A stretch of DNA of 64,000 bases from the human T2T-CHM13v2.0 reference genome, Homo sapiens, in the NCBI RefSeq assembly GCF_009914755.1, contig NC_060936.1; one strand, given 5' to 3'. Under the pieces are notes generated by a model, which worked only from the letters and a program-made list of their open reading frames with translations, was not told where the DNA came from and made no database searches. A program made the translations under genes and the position numbers. Below, piece after piece: positions 15,039-31,258 of this stretch (within the stretch, counting starts at the first letter, position 1; the number at the start of each line of letters is the position of its first letter).

Positions 15039-16173
15039 TGACCCAGCCCTTTGGATAGAAGAGCCGTGCCAGCCCCTGCCTCAGCATGGTGGCTCTGGGA
15101 GTCATCCACGGCGCTGTGTGTATCAATAGGTTATCCCTTTCTAGTGCTGAGTGGGACTCCATGGCATGACTACACAACAATTTATCTGTTCAGCTGACGG
15201 ACATTTGGACTGTTCCCAGTTTTTAGCTATTATGAATAAAGCTACTACGAGCGTTTGTCTGCTGGAATATGTAGGCCACATGCCTTTGCTTCTCTTGGGT
15301 GAATACCTAGGAGTGGAATTGCTAGGTCAGGACGCGCCACGTTGTACTTTGTGTCATATTGTCACATCTCAGGATACTATTTCTAACCAGTGCCCTTTTA
15401 TCCCAGGAATTATTTGCCCCTTCCCTGTGCCTTCTGCCAAACTAGACTGTGTGCCATCCAATGCCCAGGGGAGGAAAAGTAGGAGAGAAAAGCGTAACAA
15501 ATGTTACTCAGTTTCAGAAGCCAGTGCTTTCAGATTCCAAGAATCTGGGCTTTTGAGCTGCAAAACCTCAGCCAGGAAGAGTTCCAGATATCAATTTTAT
15601 GGCAAAAACAATAGATTTGGGGGTGGGGGGAAGGATCTTACGTATAACGATGAAAGAGCCAGACTGCAAACCCAGGAGGAGATGATGGCTTTCCTGGGCT
15701 GGGTGAGAGAAGCAGGCTGTGGGCAGAGACCACTTGCCTCCATCAGAATCCGCTCTCCTTTCCTTTGGGAAAACAGCAAGACAGAGTTTCCCAGCCTCCT
15801 GTGCAGTCATTAGTGGCCATGGGGCCAAGCTCTGGGCAATGGAAGTTGAGTGAAGTGACGTGGGCCCCTCTCAGGCCTGACCCTCCAAGCCTCCCCTGTG
15901 TGCTCCTGGGTCCCTTTCTTTTCCACCAAGTGGAAGCTGTTGCAGCATTGAAGCTCTGGGGCACAGTGGACCCCAGGATGGCAGGAACCCTCCTCTACCC
16001 AAATGCCCACGCTGACCATGAACCGTTCTACAGGGAAGAGACTCTGTTGTGTAAAGCCGCTAGAGTGAGCCTCTGTACATCAAGGTACTGAACCTAAATC
16101 TCACTGGGTCAGATGGGAAACGTTGAGAGGGTGTAGCCACGTTTTGCTTCCAGCACTTATAGCTCTGTGGGAA

Positions 16174-16560
16174 TGTGAGAGGCGTGTGAACCAGAGCAAC
16201 TCCATCTTGAACAGGGGCCGGGTAAAATGAGGCCGAGACCTACTGGGCTGCATTCCCAGACAGTGAAGACATTCTAAGTCACAGGATGAGACAGGAGGTC
16301 AGGACAAGACACAGGTCATAAAGACCTTGCTGATAAAACAGTTTGCGGTAAAGAAGCCAGTAGAAACCCACCAAAACCAAGATGACCACGAGAGTGACCT
16401 CTGGGCGTCCTCACTGCTACACTCCCAGCGGCGCCATGACAGTTTACAAATGCCATGGTAACGTCAGGAAGTTACCCTATATGGTCTACAAAGGGGAGGC
16501 ATGAATAATCCACCCCTTGTTTAGCATATCGTCAAGAAATCACCATAAAAATGGGCAACC
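16174..16560 (+). mobile_element. MER41A LTR, 3'-truncated
   Basis: tgtgagaggcgtgtgaaccagagcaactccatcttgaa...cataaaaatgggcaacc; stops at the AluY. Confidence 0.9.
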
Positions 16561-16921
<361 letters not shown>

Positions 16922-18189
16922 TCAAGGGCTGGATTTGCCTACGAGCCCCCAGTTTGTAACCTCTCTCCATTTATTTAATTAGTAAGCATTTACTGGGCGC
17001 TTACTGTGTGCCACACACAATTCTAGGCCCTGGACAACACAGATAAGGCACCTGGAAAATGGGTAGAGGGAGAGGAATTCCCCAGCAGGGACTCCCCAGG
17101 GACAGATGTGATGGGAAGTCTCGGCCGTGGGGCGCCCCTCTGCTGTGTGGCCCCCACACCGCCCTGGGCTGGTGGACAGGACTTCGGGGCCATTTTATTC
17201 TCACCCAGCCTGTCTGTACTGTGCAAACCTCCGTCTCCTGGAGCTAAGGGGCTGCCTGGGCAGCCCAGAAGCCTCTAGGCCTCTCCAAAGATATACTGGG
17301 AAAAACTTTCCCTTGCTATTGCTCAGAATCGTTCAACTCCCAGCCGCTTGCTAATTACTATGCCCTTGAGCAAAAATGTTAATCTAAAAAACATAAAATT
17401 ATAATGACTTACTTGACATAATTGGAACAAACAAGATGAGCAGGCAGGCGGCAAGCAGCAGGGGCTCCGGCATCAGCCCCCCAGCACCTTGCCAGCCTGG
17501 GGGCAGGGGACCCACCTGGGTGGGGGCGGGGGCAGAGCCCCCCTGGCCGGCGAGACTCATGGCCTTGTCAGGGGGCTGAGCGGTTCCGTTGGGTCTGCTC
17601 TGGCTTTGACTGAGGACTCATCCTAGATCTTGGCGTGGGGACAGCCAGCCTGGGTGGGCATCCTGCCTCCTATTGTGGGTCCCCAGGACAGTGACTTCCC
17701 TCTCTGTTCGCCCATTCCCTCGTCCATGAAATGGGGCTAACAGCGTGTCCAGCACCTAGAGTTCTCCATGTCACCTGCTTGTAAATGCTGAGCTTAACAC
17801 ACAGCAAGCACTCAGCAAACAATTACTGCCGTGAGTGAAGCTAATCTCCTCCAGGCCCATCTGAGGTGGGAGGAGAGAGGCCGGGGAGAGGGAGGATACG
17901 CTTCCAGCACACCCTGGTCCTTCCTCCCTCTCCTCTCTTTGCACAGGCCTGTCCCATGCCCAGCTTTAGCCATTAGGTCCTTACTTGAGGGGAGGCCTCC
18001 ACACTCCCTGCCTGCCTGACTGGCTGGGCGTCCAGTGAGTTGGATTCCAGAGATCCTGGAGCCTGTGAGGAGGAGGAGGACGCAGAGGCTGGGGATCACA
18101 TGATAAGAGATGCCCAGGAGACTTCATGAACGAACAGCCCAGCCCTTCTTGTCTCAGTAGATAAGATGGTGGGTGAGTGGGGCCCGCTC

Positions 18190-18820
18190 AGGGCTCAGGC
18201 ATGCATCCCCAGAACCCGTGCCCATACCCCGAGAGCTCACACACCCACACCCAGACCTGTGTGCTTATGCATACACCCCAGAGCCTATGCACACACTTCC
18301 AGAGCTCACACACACACAGAAACACACACACCCAGACCTGTGCACACCCCCCCAGAGCTCATACACACCCACCCCGACCTGTACATACCCCCAGAGCTCA
18401 TGCACACACCCCCAGAGCTCTCACACATACACTCAGACCTGTGTGCTCATGCACACACTCAGACCTGTGCATACATCCCAGAGCCCATTCGCATAATGCT
18501 AGGGCTCACACATACACCCCCAGAACCCATGCACACCCCAGATCTTGGCACACACCATAGAGCCCACACAACACACTCAGACCTGTGTACACATCCTGAC
18601 TTCTACACACATTTTCAGACCTGTGCACACACTCCAGAGCCCAGGCATACACCCCAGAGCCCAAGAACACACCCCAGAGAACGATGCACACACCCCCGAG
18701 AACTATGCACACACCTCAGAGCTCACACACACCTCAGAGCCCAGGCACACACCCCAGAGAACTATGCACACACCCCAGAGCCCAGGCACACACCCCAGAG
18801 AACTATGCACACACCCTAGA
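18190..18820 (+). repeat. Degenerate CA-rich minisatellite (~20-bp core cacacaccccagagc)
   Basis: Recurring cacac(a)ccccagagc / cagacctgtgcacac units. Confidence 0.85.
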
Positions 18821-18924
18821 GCCTCTTGTGGTTGCCCTTTGCCTGGAGCTCTCTGATTGGATAGTTGTAACAGTATGTTTTGGGCTGCAAGTAACAGAAA
18901 ACTTAACTCAAAAATGGCTTTAAC

Positions 18925-19137
18925 CAGGGGTCAACAAACTGCTGCTTATGGTCTGGCTCCTTGTTTTTGTTAATGAAGGTCTATAGGAATGCAGTTACGC
19001 CCACCCATTTCTATTGCCGATGGCTGCTTTCATGCAACAACGGCAAGCTGAGTCATTGCAATAGAGACCATGTGATCTGGAAAGCCTAAAATTATATTTA
19101 ATGTCTGCCCTTTACAGAAAATTTTCACCAACCTCTG
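18925..19137 (+). mobile_element. MER58A hAT MITE
   Basis: caggggtcaacaaac...tttacagaaaattttcaccaacctctg; TSD gctttaac/gcttaagc. Confidence 0.8.
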
Positions 19138-19194
19138 GCTTAAGCAATAAGGAAGACGTATTACTTCATATGATGAATGCTCAGAATGAAGGTG

Positions 19195-19990
19195 GCGTAT
19201 TTGTTATCTCTGACTACACAACAAATCACCCCCCAAACTTGGAGGATTAAAGCAACAAGAATCATTCTCTACCTCATGGTTTCTGGGGGTAAGATCTCGG
19301 GAGTGGCTCCCCAGGGCGGTTTGAGCTCTGGATCTCTTGGAGGGTGCAGTCAGAGGGGCTGGTGGCTGGCAGTGTCATCTGGCTGCCGTCTTCATTTACA
19401 GTCTGACACCTGGGCTGGGCAGACTCAAACAGCTGGTCCTCCTCGGGCGTCGCTCTCCTGCTTGTGTGTTCATTTCAGCATGGTGGCTTCAGGAAAGCCA
19501 GACGTCTTTCCTGCAGTTCATGAGGGGGTCCCCTGAGTGTGTCCCAAGAGAGATCCAAGGAGAGGCCATATCACCTTTTTTTTTTTTTTGAGACAGAGTC
19601 TCACTCACTCTGTCGCCCAGGCTGGAGAGCAGTGGTGCAATCTCGGCTCACTGCAACCTCCGCCTCCCAGCCCAAGCGATTCTCCTGCCTCAGCCTCTGA
19701 GGTAGCTGGGATTACAGGCGTGTGCCACCACATCTGGCTAATTTTTGTATTTTTATTAGAGACAAAGTTTCACTCTGTTGGCCAGGCTGATCTCGAACTC
19801 CTAACCTCAAGTGATCTGCCCACCTCGGCCTCCCAAAGTACTGGGATTACAGGTGTGAGCCACCGCGCCCGGCCATATCACTTTTAATGACCAAGCCTCA
19901 GAACTCATGCAGCCACTTCCACCACACCCAGTGGTTGAGGTCATCACAAAAGTCCATCCGGGTTCAAGCGGAGGGGACCAAGACCCACCT
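19195..19990 (-). mobile_element. MaLR LTR (MLT1F/G-like) split by an Alu
   Basis: acaacaaatcaccccc...attaaagcaacaa...ctcatggtttctggg...agccacttccaccacac. Confidence 0.55.
19576..19874 (-). mobile_element. AluS (Sx-like)
   Basis: Antisense Alu; TSD atatcac. Confidence 0.92.
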
Positions 19991-20196
19991 TTTGAGTGCT
20001 TCAACCTCACCAGGAATCCAGGATCCTTCCACCTTTCTGCTCTGCGGACTTTGCTCTGTGTCCCGTGGTTACAAAATGGCTGTTGCCAATTCGACATTTT
20101 AGGCAGACACAGCAATGTCCGGTGGAAGAAGAGAGAACTGCCATGATCTTGTATCTCTCGTTTGTCTCCAGTATTTTTACTGAAATACAAAATACA

Positions 20197-21060
<864 letters not shown>

Positions 21061-21411
21061 CCTGGCTCCAAGCTTGGAAGCCCAGCCCCCGATGCTGGGA
21101 CACTCACACTGTGCCCAGTCTCCTGCCCCAGGGTCAGTGAACCACCCCCACCTGCTGCTTTCTGCCTTCTGTGGCCCTGAGATGGCAATTCCAAGATGGG
21201 CTGTCAATACCAAACCTTGTCACCTCCCAAGACAACAGGGCTGTCAATGACATCTCAACAATGGAATTTCTAACTTGCAGGTTTTAAAAGGGGGTTAGCT
21301 TTTAGGACCATAAAAATGTGCTTATTGCAAAATATTGGAAAAACTTCCAAGTTTAAAGAAGAAAATAAAAATAAAGATCTGTCCCCTCATTCTGGTCCAA
21401 CAACCTCCACT

Positions 21412-22097
21412 TGTAACCACTCAGGGGGTTCACCTTGCCTGCTGCCTAGACAGAGCCAATTCATCAACATGGGGAAACTGCAATAGAGAAAGAGTAATTC
21501 ATGCAGAGCCGGCTGTGCAGGAGACCAGAGTTTTACTATTACTCAAATCAGTCTCCCCAAGCCATTCAGGGAGCAGAGCTTTTAAGGATAACTTTGTGAG
21601 TGGGGAGAAGCCAGTGAGCCAGGAGTGCTGATTGGTCAGAGATGAAATCATAGGGAGTCGAAGCTGTCGTCTTGTGCTGAGTCAGTTCCTGGGTGGGGGC
21701 CACAAGATCAGAGGAGCCAGTTTATGCATCTGGGTGGTGCCAGCTGACGCATCACGTGCAGTGTCTGCAAAACATCTCAAGCCCTGACTTTAGGAGCAGT
21801 TTAGGGAGGGTCAGAATCTTGTAGCCTCCAGCTGCATGACTGCTAAACCATAATTTCTAAGCCTGTGGCTAATGTGAGTCCTATAAAGGCAATCTAGTCC
21901 CCAGGCAAGAAGGAGGCTGCTTTAGGAAAGGGTTGTTATGTTGTCTTTGTTTAAACTAGAAACTAAGTTTCTTCCAAAGTTAGTTCAGCCTAAGCCCAGG
22001 AATGAACAAGGACAGCTTGGAGGTTAGAAGCAAGATGGAGTTTGTTTAGTTAGATCTCTTTCACTGTCTCAGTCATAATTCCGCAACGGCGGTTTCA
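21412..22097 (-). mobile_element. LTR8 full-length solo LTR (ERV1), 686 bp
   Basis: Ends tgtaacc... and ...ctcagtcataattccgcaacggcggtttca (reverse complement of the LTR8 start tgaaaccgcc...attatgactgagacagtgaaagagatc); TSD cact/cagt. Confidence 0.85.
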
Positions 22098-22271
22098 CAG
22101 TGACATTTTAGTGTATTTCCTTCCCATCTTTTTTCTCCTCGCATATATAGACACATGATTGCAGCTAACTTGTATAACATGTGATATTCCAGGCACGACT
22201 TTTTTTAACCCATTCAATTTATATCAACTCATTTATTTTTTCATAACACTCCATTCAAATGACTACTATCA

Positions 22272-22573
22272 TTATTATTGTTATTAATTTTTTTTGAGAC
22301 AGGGTCTTGCTGCTACCCAGGCTTGAGTGCAGTGGTGAGATCTCGGCTCACTGCAACCTCCACCTCCTGGTTCAAACGATTCTTCTGCCTCAGCTTCCCA
22401 AGTAGCTGGGATTACAGGCGTGTGCCACCACACCCAGCTAATTTTTGTACTTGTAGTAGAGATTGAGTTTCACCATGTTGCTCTGGCTGGTCTTGAACTC
22501 CTGGCCTCAAGTGATCATCCACCTTGGCCTCCCAAAGTACTGGGATTATAGGTGTGAGCCACTATGCCTGGCC
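22272..22573 (-). mobile_element. AluS/J inserted in an antisense MIR (MIR continues to ~22700)
   Basis: Antisense Alu; TSD aaatg(a/g)ctact. Confidence 0.9.
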
Positions 22574-23406
22574 CAAATGGCTACTGTTATTATCCTCACT
22601 TTACAGATGAGGAAAAAGAGGCTCAGAGAGGCGAGGTGACTTGCCTAAGGTCACACAGCTCTAGAGCAATGATTTTGCTTTTAACAACTGCACTGTACGT
22701 CTCCCCAGTCTTGTTCTTATTCACCTGGAATCAGGAGGATGGAGAATAAGCGTTGATCATGGGTTTGGGAGTCACAGCTTTAGAGCCTGGGAGGCCCCCA
22801 GCTTCCTGGATCCCTAGGGTCAGGCTCCGAAGGGCGCTTCCTGCTCTCTGTTCACACGTCTGACTCTGGGGGCCTAGCCCCAGGACACTGATCATGGGGA
22901 ACCACCTGACCTCCTCACCACCCCCACCCCTGTCCCAGCGCCCCAGCAAGAAAGGAGTCAGGTTGGGCGTTCACCTGTCCACAGCCAGGTGCCTTCCAGC
23001 TCAGCAGCTGAAGATAAAAATCTATTAGCTGCCAAGAGGATTGCTGGGAAAAGCCAAGCCGTGATTCATAGGGTAATAAATAGAAAGACAGTCCCGGCCC
23101 CAGGGCTGCATCTTCCTTGCATGCTGATCCCGCATCTGTGGCACTTCCCAGCCACCCCAGGGGGACGCTGGCACCCGAGGTAGGCTGTGGCAGGCTCACT
23201 CCTGTGCAGCAAGAGCTGGCCTCCGGGAAACCGGGGGGAGTCTCCGGAGCATGTACAGGAGACCTGCCCCGCCCAGCACACACGCTCCTTCACTCCCAGG
23301 TCAGCATCCTGGGGCCTCCGTGTCCTTGTCTGGACGATGGGTGTAAAGAAGCCACATTTCATCACAACGAAGCCAGCACCGATGTCAGCTGCACAATGTT
23401 TTGTCC

Positions 23407-23763
23407 TGTTATGGTCTTAATGTTGGTGTCCCCAACATATGTTGAAATCCCAATTCCTAAGTTGATGGGTTTAGGAGATGGCGCCTTTGTGGGGGTGATT
23501 CAGTCACGAGGGTGGAGGCTTCATGAGTGGGATTAGTGCCGTCATAACAGAGGCTCTCACGAGACCCCCGTCCCTTTCACCGCGTGAGGACACAGTGGGA
23601 AGACGGCCATCCATAAGCCGGAAAACGAGCCCTTCCCGGACACCCAATCTGCCTTGATCTTGGACTTCCCATCCTCCAAAACTGCGACAAATAAATTTCT
23701 ACTGTTCATAAGCCACCCAATCTATGGTATTTTGTTGTAGTGATCTCCAGGACGTCCCTAGGA
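23407..23763 (+). mobile_element. MLT1A-type LTR
   Basis: tgttatgg...catatgttgaaatccc...gtgaggacacag...aaataaatttctactgttcataagccaccc. Confidence 0.8.
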
Positions 23764-23789
23764 GTTGGCGCTGCCAACTGGTGTTTAAA

Positions 23790-24230
23790 AGAATTAAGAA
23801 AGAAGCGAAGGATGAGGAAGAGCCAGCCAAGCAGACATCTGGGGGGAAGGCGTGCCAGGCTGGGGGGACAGCAAGGGCAAAGTCCTGCGGCAGAAACAAG
23901 TCAGTGGGTCCGAAGAACAGAGGGAAAGCTATTGGGAACGGAGCAGAGGGGATAGAAGAGAGGTCCGCGATAAGATGGAGGGGTGGGTGGGGCCTTGAAA
24001 GTCATGGTAATGCATGCAGATTTCTTCTAGAAGCAACGAGAGCCTCTGGAAATTGAAGGCAAGGCTGCGCATTGTCTGATGGATGATGGCAAGTGTTGCT
24101 TTGACTGTCCTCTGGGGATCTGACTGCAGGAGGCAAGGGCAGCACCAACTCCTAGGGGCGTCCTGGAGGTCGCTGTCATCACGCTGGGCCTGTGATGAGT
24201 GCTCAGCCCATGATGGTCAGGGTGGATATT
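23790..24230 (-). mobile_element. L2 fragment
   Basis: gaaggatgaggaagagccagcc...atctggggggaaggcgtgccaggc...gcaaagtcctg. Confidence 0.55.
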
Positions 24231-26101
24231 GCTGTGATATCATTGTTGCCAACAGGCCCTTTCCATATGCCAGCAGAGGCTCATACCGAATCTAATCCCC
24301 CAAAGCTCAGAATCCGGGAAAAGTAAGATACTTTAATTCCTCCAAGTAAGGGGGCCCAGGTCCGAGACCCAAAGAAGACTCTGGGACCTCAGGGGAGGAG
24401 GGGGTCAGCTGGGACCGCCCTCCTCTAACACCCCTTCCCACACCTTGGAATGCACCTCAGGCCCAGAAGGACTAACTGAGTTGACATCCCCAATTCACCC
24501 CAGGCCTTCTCTCAACGTCCTAGAAAAGCTACCCATCTGTCTGCCAAAATCTCTGCATCTCCCCAGCCAGGCAACTCCCAACCCATTTACCAACTGGAAA
24601 GGATCCTTGGCCCCCAGCTACTGTTCCCTGCTCAGAACTCTCAGTGAATCTTGGCTGCAACTGCCACCTACTTGATGTCTGTGAGTGAATATTCCATGTC
24701 TCCCCCATTGAGTTTCCCCAGGTCAGAGACTGCTGAAACTTGCAGGGAACTCTGAGATGGCCAAGCTCAGGGTTGGCGAATACATAGCACTTTCCCTGCC
24801 TACACCTAGGCAGACATCAGAAATCAATCCCAGCTCTCTCTCCCATTGAGCTTGAGCATTGCCTGAGAATCCTCAGCCTAGACCTTAGTGCAATCTAGGA
24901 ATTGGCACAGGATTAAAGCTCCTGGCTGTGCCCAGTCTAGCACAAAGCCCTCATTTCGTAAGTGGGGAAACTGACGCCCAGTAACAGGAAGGGACTAAAA
25001 TTCAGGCCCCTTGACTTCCAGCCAACAGTCTCTTTCCTCGAGGGCAAAGGGACATCTATCATTTATGTTCTCCCTGTGGGATATGGTGAAGAGATAGTGT
25101 ACAACAGAGATTTGTTCAACGAATAACAAGAATGAAACAAACAAAAAACAAGGAAAGAAAGAAGAGAGTTTTAGATGCAATAGGTAAAAACTGGCTCGGG
25201 TGTGAGAAAGAAACCCATGACATCGTGTTGCTAGACGTTTAGAAAAGTTGCTAAGGGAAATTTTTAGAGTGTCTTTCCTTGCAGAACTTTAAAAATAGTC
25301 CTGAAAAAAAAAAAGTAGTCCTGATTAAGTGCCCATCTGCCTGGGAGCCTCCTGCGGAATGCTGGGTGTGTTATTCACTCATAGTTGACAAGTGTTTGTT
25401 GAACATCAACTATATGCTGAGCATAAATCAGTCATTGAATTAAAAAGCAAAAATAACAGCTAGAATCTGTATCTCTCTGAGTTAGAGATCTTTGGCTGCA
25501 AGCAACAGAAACCAAGTCCAAAACTCAAGCACGAAGGGGGTTTGGGGAAGGAAAGAGGATGACTCACAAAAATGACAGAACAGCTCAACTCGGCTCGCCT
25601 GGGCACTGCCTGTGGCATGAATCGTCTCCCTGCTATTTCTTCATATTTTCCCAGATTCAAAATCTGGGTAAGAGAGGCTGCTGGCCTCACTTGGGTCAAC
25701 TCTTGATCAGGAGAAGGTGGAGCTCCTTGATTGGCAGCTCTTTGTTTTAGCCCAGGTTACCTGGAGCACAGAGGCTGAGGCAGGGTTTCCTGGCTAATGC
25801 TATTCTGATGGGGTGCAAGCTTAGGACGGCAAGAGTGAGAGCAAAGGGACAAACAAGGTGACGGGCCTCTGAGATGGTCATGGCATCACATCAACCACAG
25901 CTGGACAGTGGGTCACATGAGACTGTGCTAGCTTCCATCCACCTCCTACGTCTCATGGGTCAGAGCTCTGGGAAAGCCAGAGCCAACACTCCACAGCACA
26001 GAGCTTCATCTGCTCCAGAAGGGAGAGGGAAACAGCACCTCCATGGGCTGGGTCAAACCAAGCCTGGGAACTAAATGACTGCACGGCTCCTTCTTGGTGG
26101 G

Positions 26102-26462
26102 TGTATTAGTTATCCACTGCCACGTAACAAAATATCCTAAAACCAACCATAAATATATGTGATCTCACACAGTTTCTGTGGGTCAGAGATTGGAGAGCAG
26201 CTTAGCTGGGTGGCTCTGCTCTAGGGTCTCTCACGAGGGTACAATCAGGGTATCAGCTGGGGCTGCAGTCATCTCAAGGCTTTATTGAGGCAGAGACACC
26301 CATTTCCAAGATGGCGCACACACGTGGCTGCTGGTGGGTGTGTTCATCAGCTCGGGCTGCTGTCACAAAAGACCACAGGCTGTGTGGCTTCAACAACAGA
26401 CATTTATTTTCTCACAGTTCTGGAGGCTGAAAACTCCAAGATCAAGGGTTAGCAGGTTTGGT
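26102..26462 (-). mobile_element. Two abutting MaLR LTR fragments
   Basis: tgtattagttatccactgccacgtaacaaa and cttcaacaacagacatttattttctcacagttctggagg. Confidence 0.7.
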
Positions 26463-26603
26463 TTTCCCTTCTGGGGCCACGAATGTGTTCTGGAGCTAGC
26501 TCGCGATGATCTGGAAGTCCCCAAGCACATGGTGGAGGCACTTAATGTCACTGAGCTGTACACTTTCAGATGGTTACGATGGAGAATTTTATATCATGTA
26601 CAT

Positions 26604-26606
<3 letters not shown>

Positions 26607-26654
<48 letters not shown>
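26607..26654 (+). repeat. (CA)24 microsatellite at the end of an L1MB 3' remnant (26463-26606)
   Basis: 48 bp of perfect CA repeat. Confidence 0.97.
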
Positions 26655-26657
<3 letters not shown>

Positions 26658-27454
26658 TGCATCAGGGGTTTGGGGATCATGTCTCAGCTCTGCCACTAAA
26701 TGAGTTTGTCTTTGAGAAAGTGACTTTCTCTCCCTGGCCTTGGTTTCTCTCCTCCCACTCTCCAATCTTCTGATGGGCCTCCCATTGGCCAAACCCAACC
26801 AGGAGCCAGAGAACAACGGGATCAGGGTCAGTCCCTGGGGGTCACAGATCTGGCGGACAAGATTGGAGAGTGGCTTGGACAAGCAAGCTTACGGGGGAAC
26901 CACCATGTTACCCTAGAAATAACAGGCCAAGAAGAGAAGCGACATCTTCTGGTGTTTGATTTGCTTGCCTCTGGCTAAGTGCCTGTCTCCTTAGCCCCTA
27001 GCTCCCTCCTTGCCCAGAGAGAGGCTTCCTGCAAAGTGCTGACCCAGCGCCACCCCGCCAGATGCCAACAGGAATTTCTTAAGCATATGTGCCACACCAG
27101 CTCCATTCTCAGCACCACACCCACTGCCAGCGCCTGCAGTCCTTGTCTTGGCTTCTGGCTGTGCAGGGGAGGGTCCCAGCACTGCCTGTTCCCCCCAGGG
27201 AGGCTCCAGCCCATCTCGGTTAAACCTCATCTTACCAACCTTTGGGTCTTAAGGCTCTTCACTTGGGATCCAGCACAAGTCAGTCAGTAATTCATTCAAC
27301 AAACCTTCACGGTGCAAAGTGCCCAAGATGTAGGGGTGTTGGGCAGAAGGGAGGTTCCAGCCTTTGAGGAGCTCCCAGTTCTGCAAGCAGGACAGAGAAG
27401 CAAATGCCCCATCCCAGGCAGAGCAACAATATTTAAAAATAAATAATTAGCATT

Positions 27455-27760
<306 letters not shown>

Positions 27761-27861
27761 TAATAGTTCAAGTTGAGGCTCCCTGAGTGCCTGTTGTACA
27801 CCAGGCTCCTTACCTGTGTCAGCCCCCTTCATTCTGGGGACGGTACAGTTGTCACACCCAC

Positions 27862-28424
27862 TGCTGTGGTCTGAATGTTCGGGGTGCAGCAAAAATGCAC
27901 ATGTTGGAGCCTAGCACCCAACATGATATTAATATTAGTAGTATCAAGAGGGGCCTTTGGGGGAATGATTAAATCATCAGTGCTCTGCCCTCACAAATGG
28001 GATCAGGGCTCTTACAAAAGAGGTTGAAGGGCCAGGCATGGTGGCAGGTGCCTATAAGCCCAGCTACTTGGGAGGCTAAGGCAGGAGAATCATTTGAACC
28101 TTTGGGGGCCGAGTTTGCAGTGAGCCAAGATCATGCCACTGCACTCCAGCCTGGGCAAAAAGAGCTAAATTCCATCTCAAAAAAAAAAAAAAAAAAAAAA
28201 GAGGATGGAAAGAGAGCCCTAGTCTCCTTGCCCTTCTGCCTTCCACCATGTGAGGACACAGGAAGTGCCATCTATGAAGCAAAGAGTGGCCCTCACCAGA
28301 CACAGAACCTGCTGGCACCTGGAACTTGGCCTCGCCAGCCTCCAGAACTGTGAGGAATACATTGCTATTATTTCTAAATTACCCAGCCTAAGATACTTTG
28401 TGATCGAAGCCAGAATGGACCAAC
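27862..28424 (+). mobile_element. MST/MLT1A-type LTR containing an Alu right arm
   Basis: tgctgtggtctgaatg...ccttccaccatgtgaggacacag...aaattacccagcctaagatactttg. Confidence 0.75.
28030..28200 (+). mobile_element. 5'-truncated Alu (right arm only)
   Basis: gccaggcatggtggcaggtgcct...poly(A); TSD aaaagagg. Confidence 0.85.
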
Positions 28425-29022
28425 ACGCTCACTTTACAGGTGAAGAGACTGAGGCACAGAGAGGATAAGTAACCTGCTCAACGCCATATCGCCAAGCAAT
28501 GGCAGTGCCAGGGTTCCAACTCAGGACCTGGGCTCCCGACCTGTGCTCGCCAGCACGATCTGGTGCTGCCGTGGTGATTCCAGCGATGGGGGAAACCACA
28601 AGAGGAGGAGAGACCCATGCCCGACGGATGGGCAAAAATTAGAGGCCAACACCATCAAGAGCTGGCGGCACTGCAGAGAACCGGGGATTCTTGCTGAACC
28701 TGCTCTGCCATTTTGGACATCCGTGCAATATTAGGTACTAAAACTGAAGATCATCCTATCCCGTGAGCCAGCAATCCCACTCCTTGCCATATATTCCCCA
28801 GAGAAATGAAATCATATGCCCACATCAAGATGAATTCTCATGGCCGCTTTATCCATAGCAGCCAGGAACTGGAAAAAGAATAAAAAGACCAACAACCCAC
28901 GGATGTCCATCCACAGGTGAAAAGATGAACAAATCACAGGACAGCCGTAAGATGGAGCCTCGGCAATTAAAGGAAACACAGGACTGATACACACACGTGT
29001 GTGGATCTCATGCGAACAAAAA

Positions 29023-30830
<1,808 letters not shown>

Positions 30831-30889
30831 CGTCTGCCCCAGAGGGAGTGGCCTGGGGAGGCTGAAATGAATAGGATGCACAAGGCCAG

Positions 30890-31258
30890 TGTCATGGACT
30901 GGACGTGACCCCCAAGACGTCTAGTTGAAATCCCAGCCCCCACACGAGTGTTATTAGGATGGAGGCTTTGGGGAGGTGAATGGGTTAAAGTCATGAGGGC
31001 AGAGCCTCCGGGATGGGCTTAGTGTCCTTATAAGATCCAGCACCTCCACTCTCTCTAGGGGCACGCACTGGTGAAAGGTCGGGGGAGCACACAGGGAAAG
31101 GTGCCATTTGCAAGCCGGGAAGAGGGCCCTCACCAGAATCCAGCGTTTTTGGTATCCTGATCTCACACTTCGAGCCTCCAGAACCATGAGAAATAAACGT
31201 CTGTTGTTTGAGCCTCCCAGCTGATGGTATTTTACCATAGCAGCCCAAGCTAAGACAG
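30890..31258 (+). mobile_element. MLT1A-type LTR
   Basis: gttgaaatccc...cctccagaaccatgagaaataaacgtctgttgtttgagcc...ctaagaca. Confidence 0.75.

Noticed and set aside
15151-15813. 220-aa ORF
   Set aside because: Non-ATG start, begins in antisense L1ME sequence, no recognisable domain.
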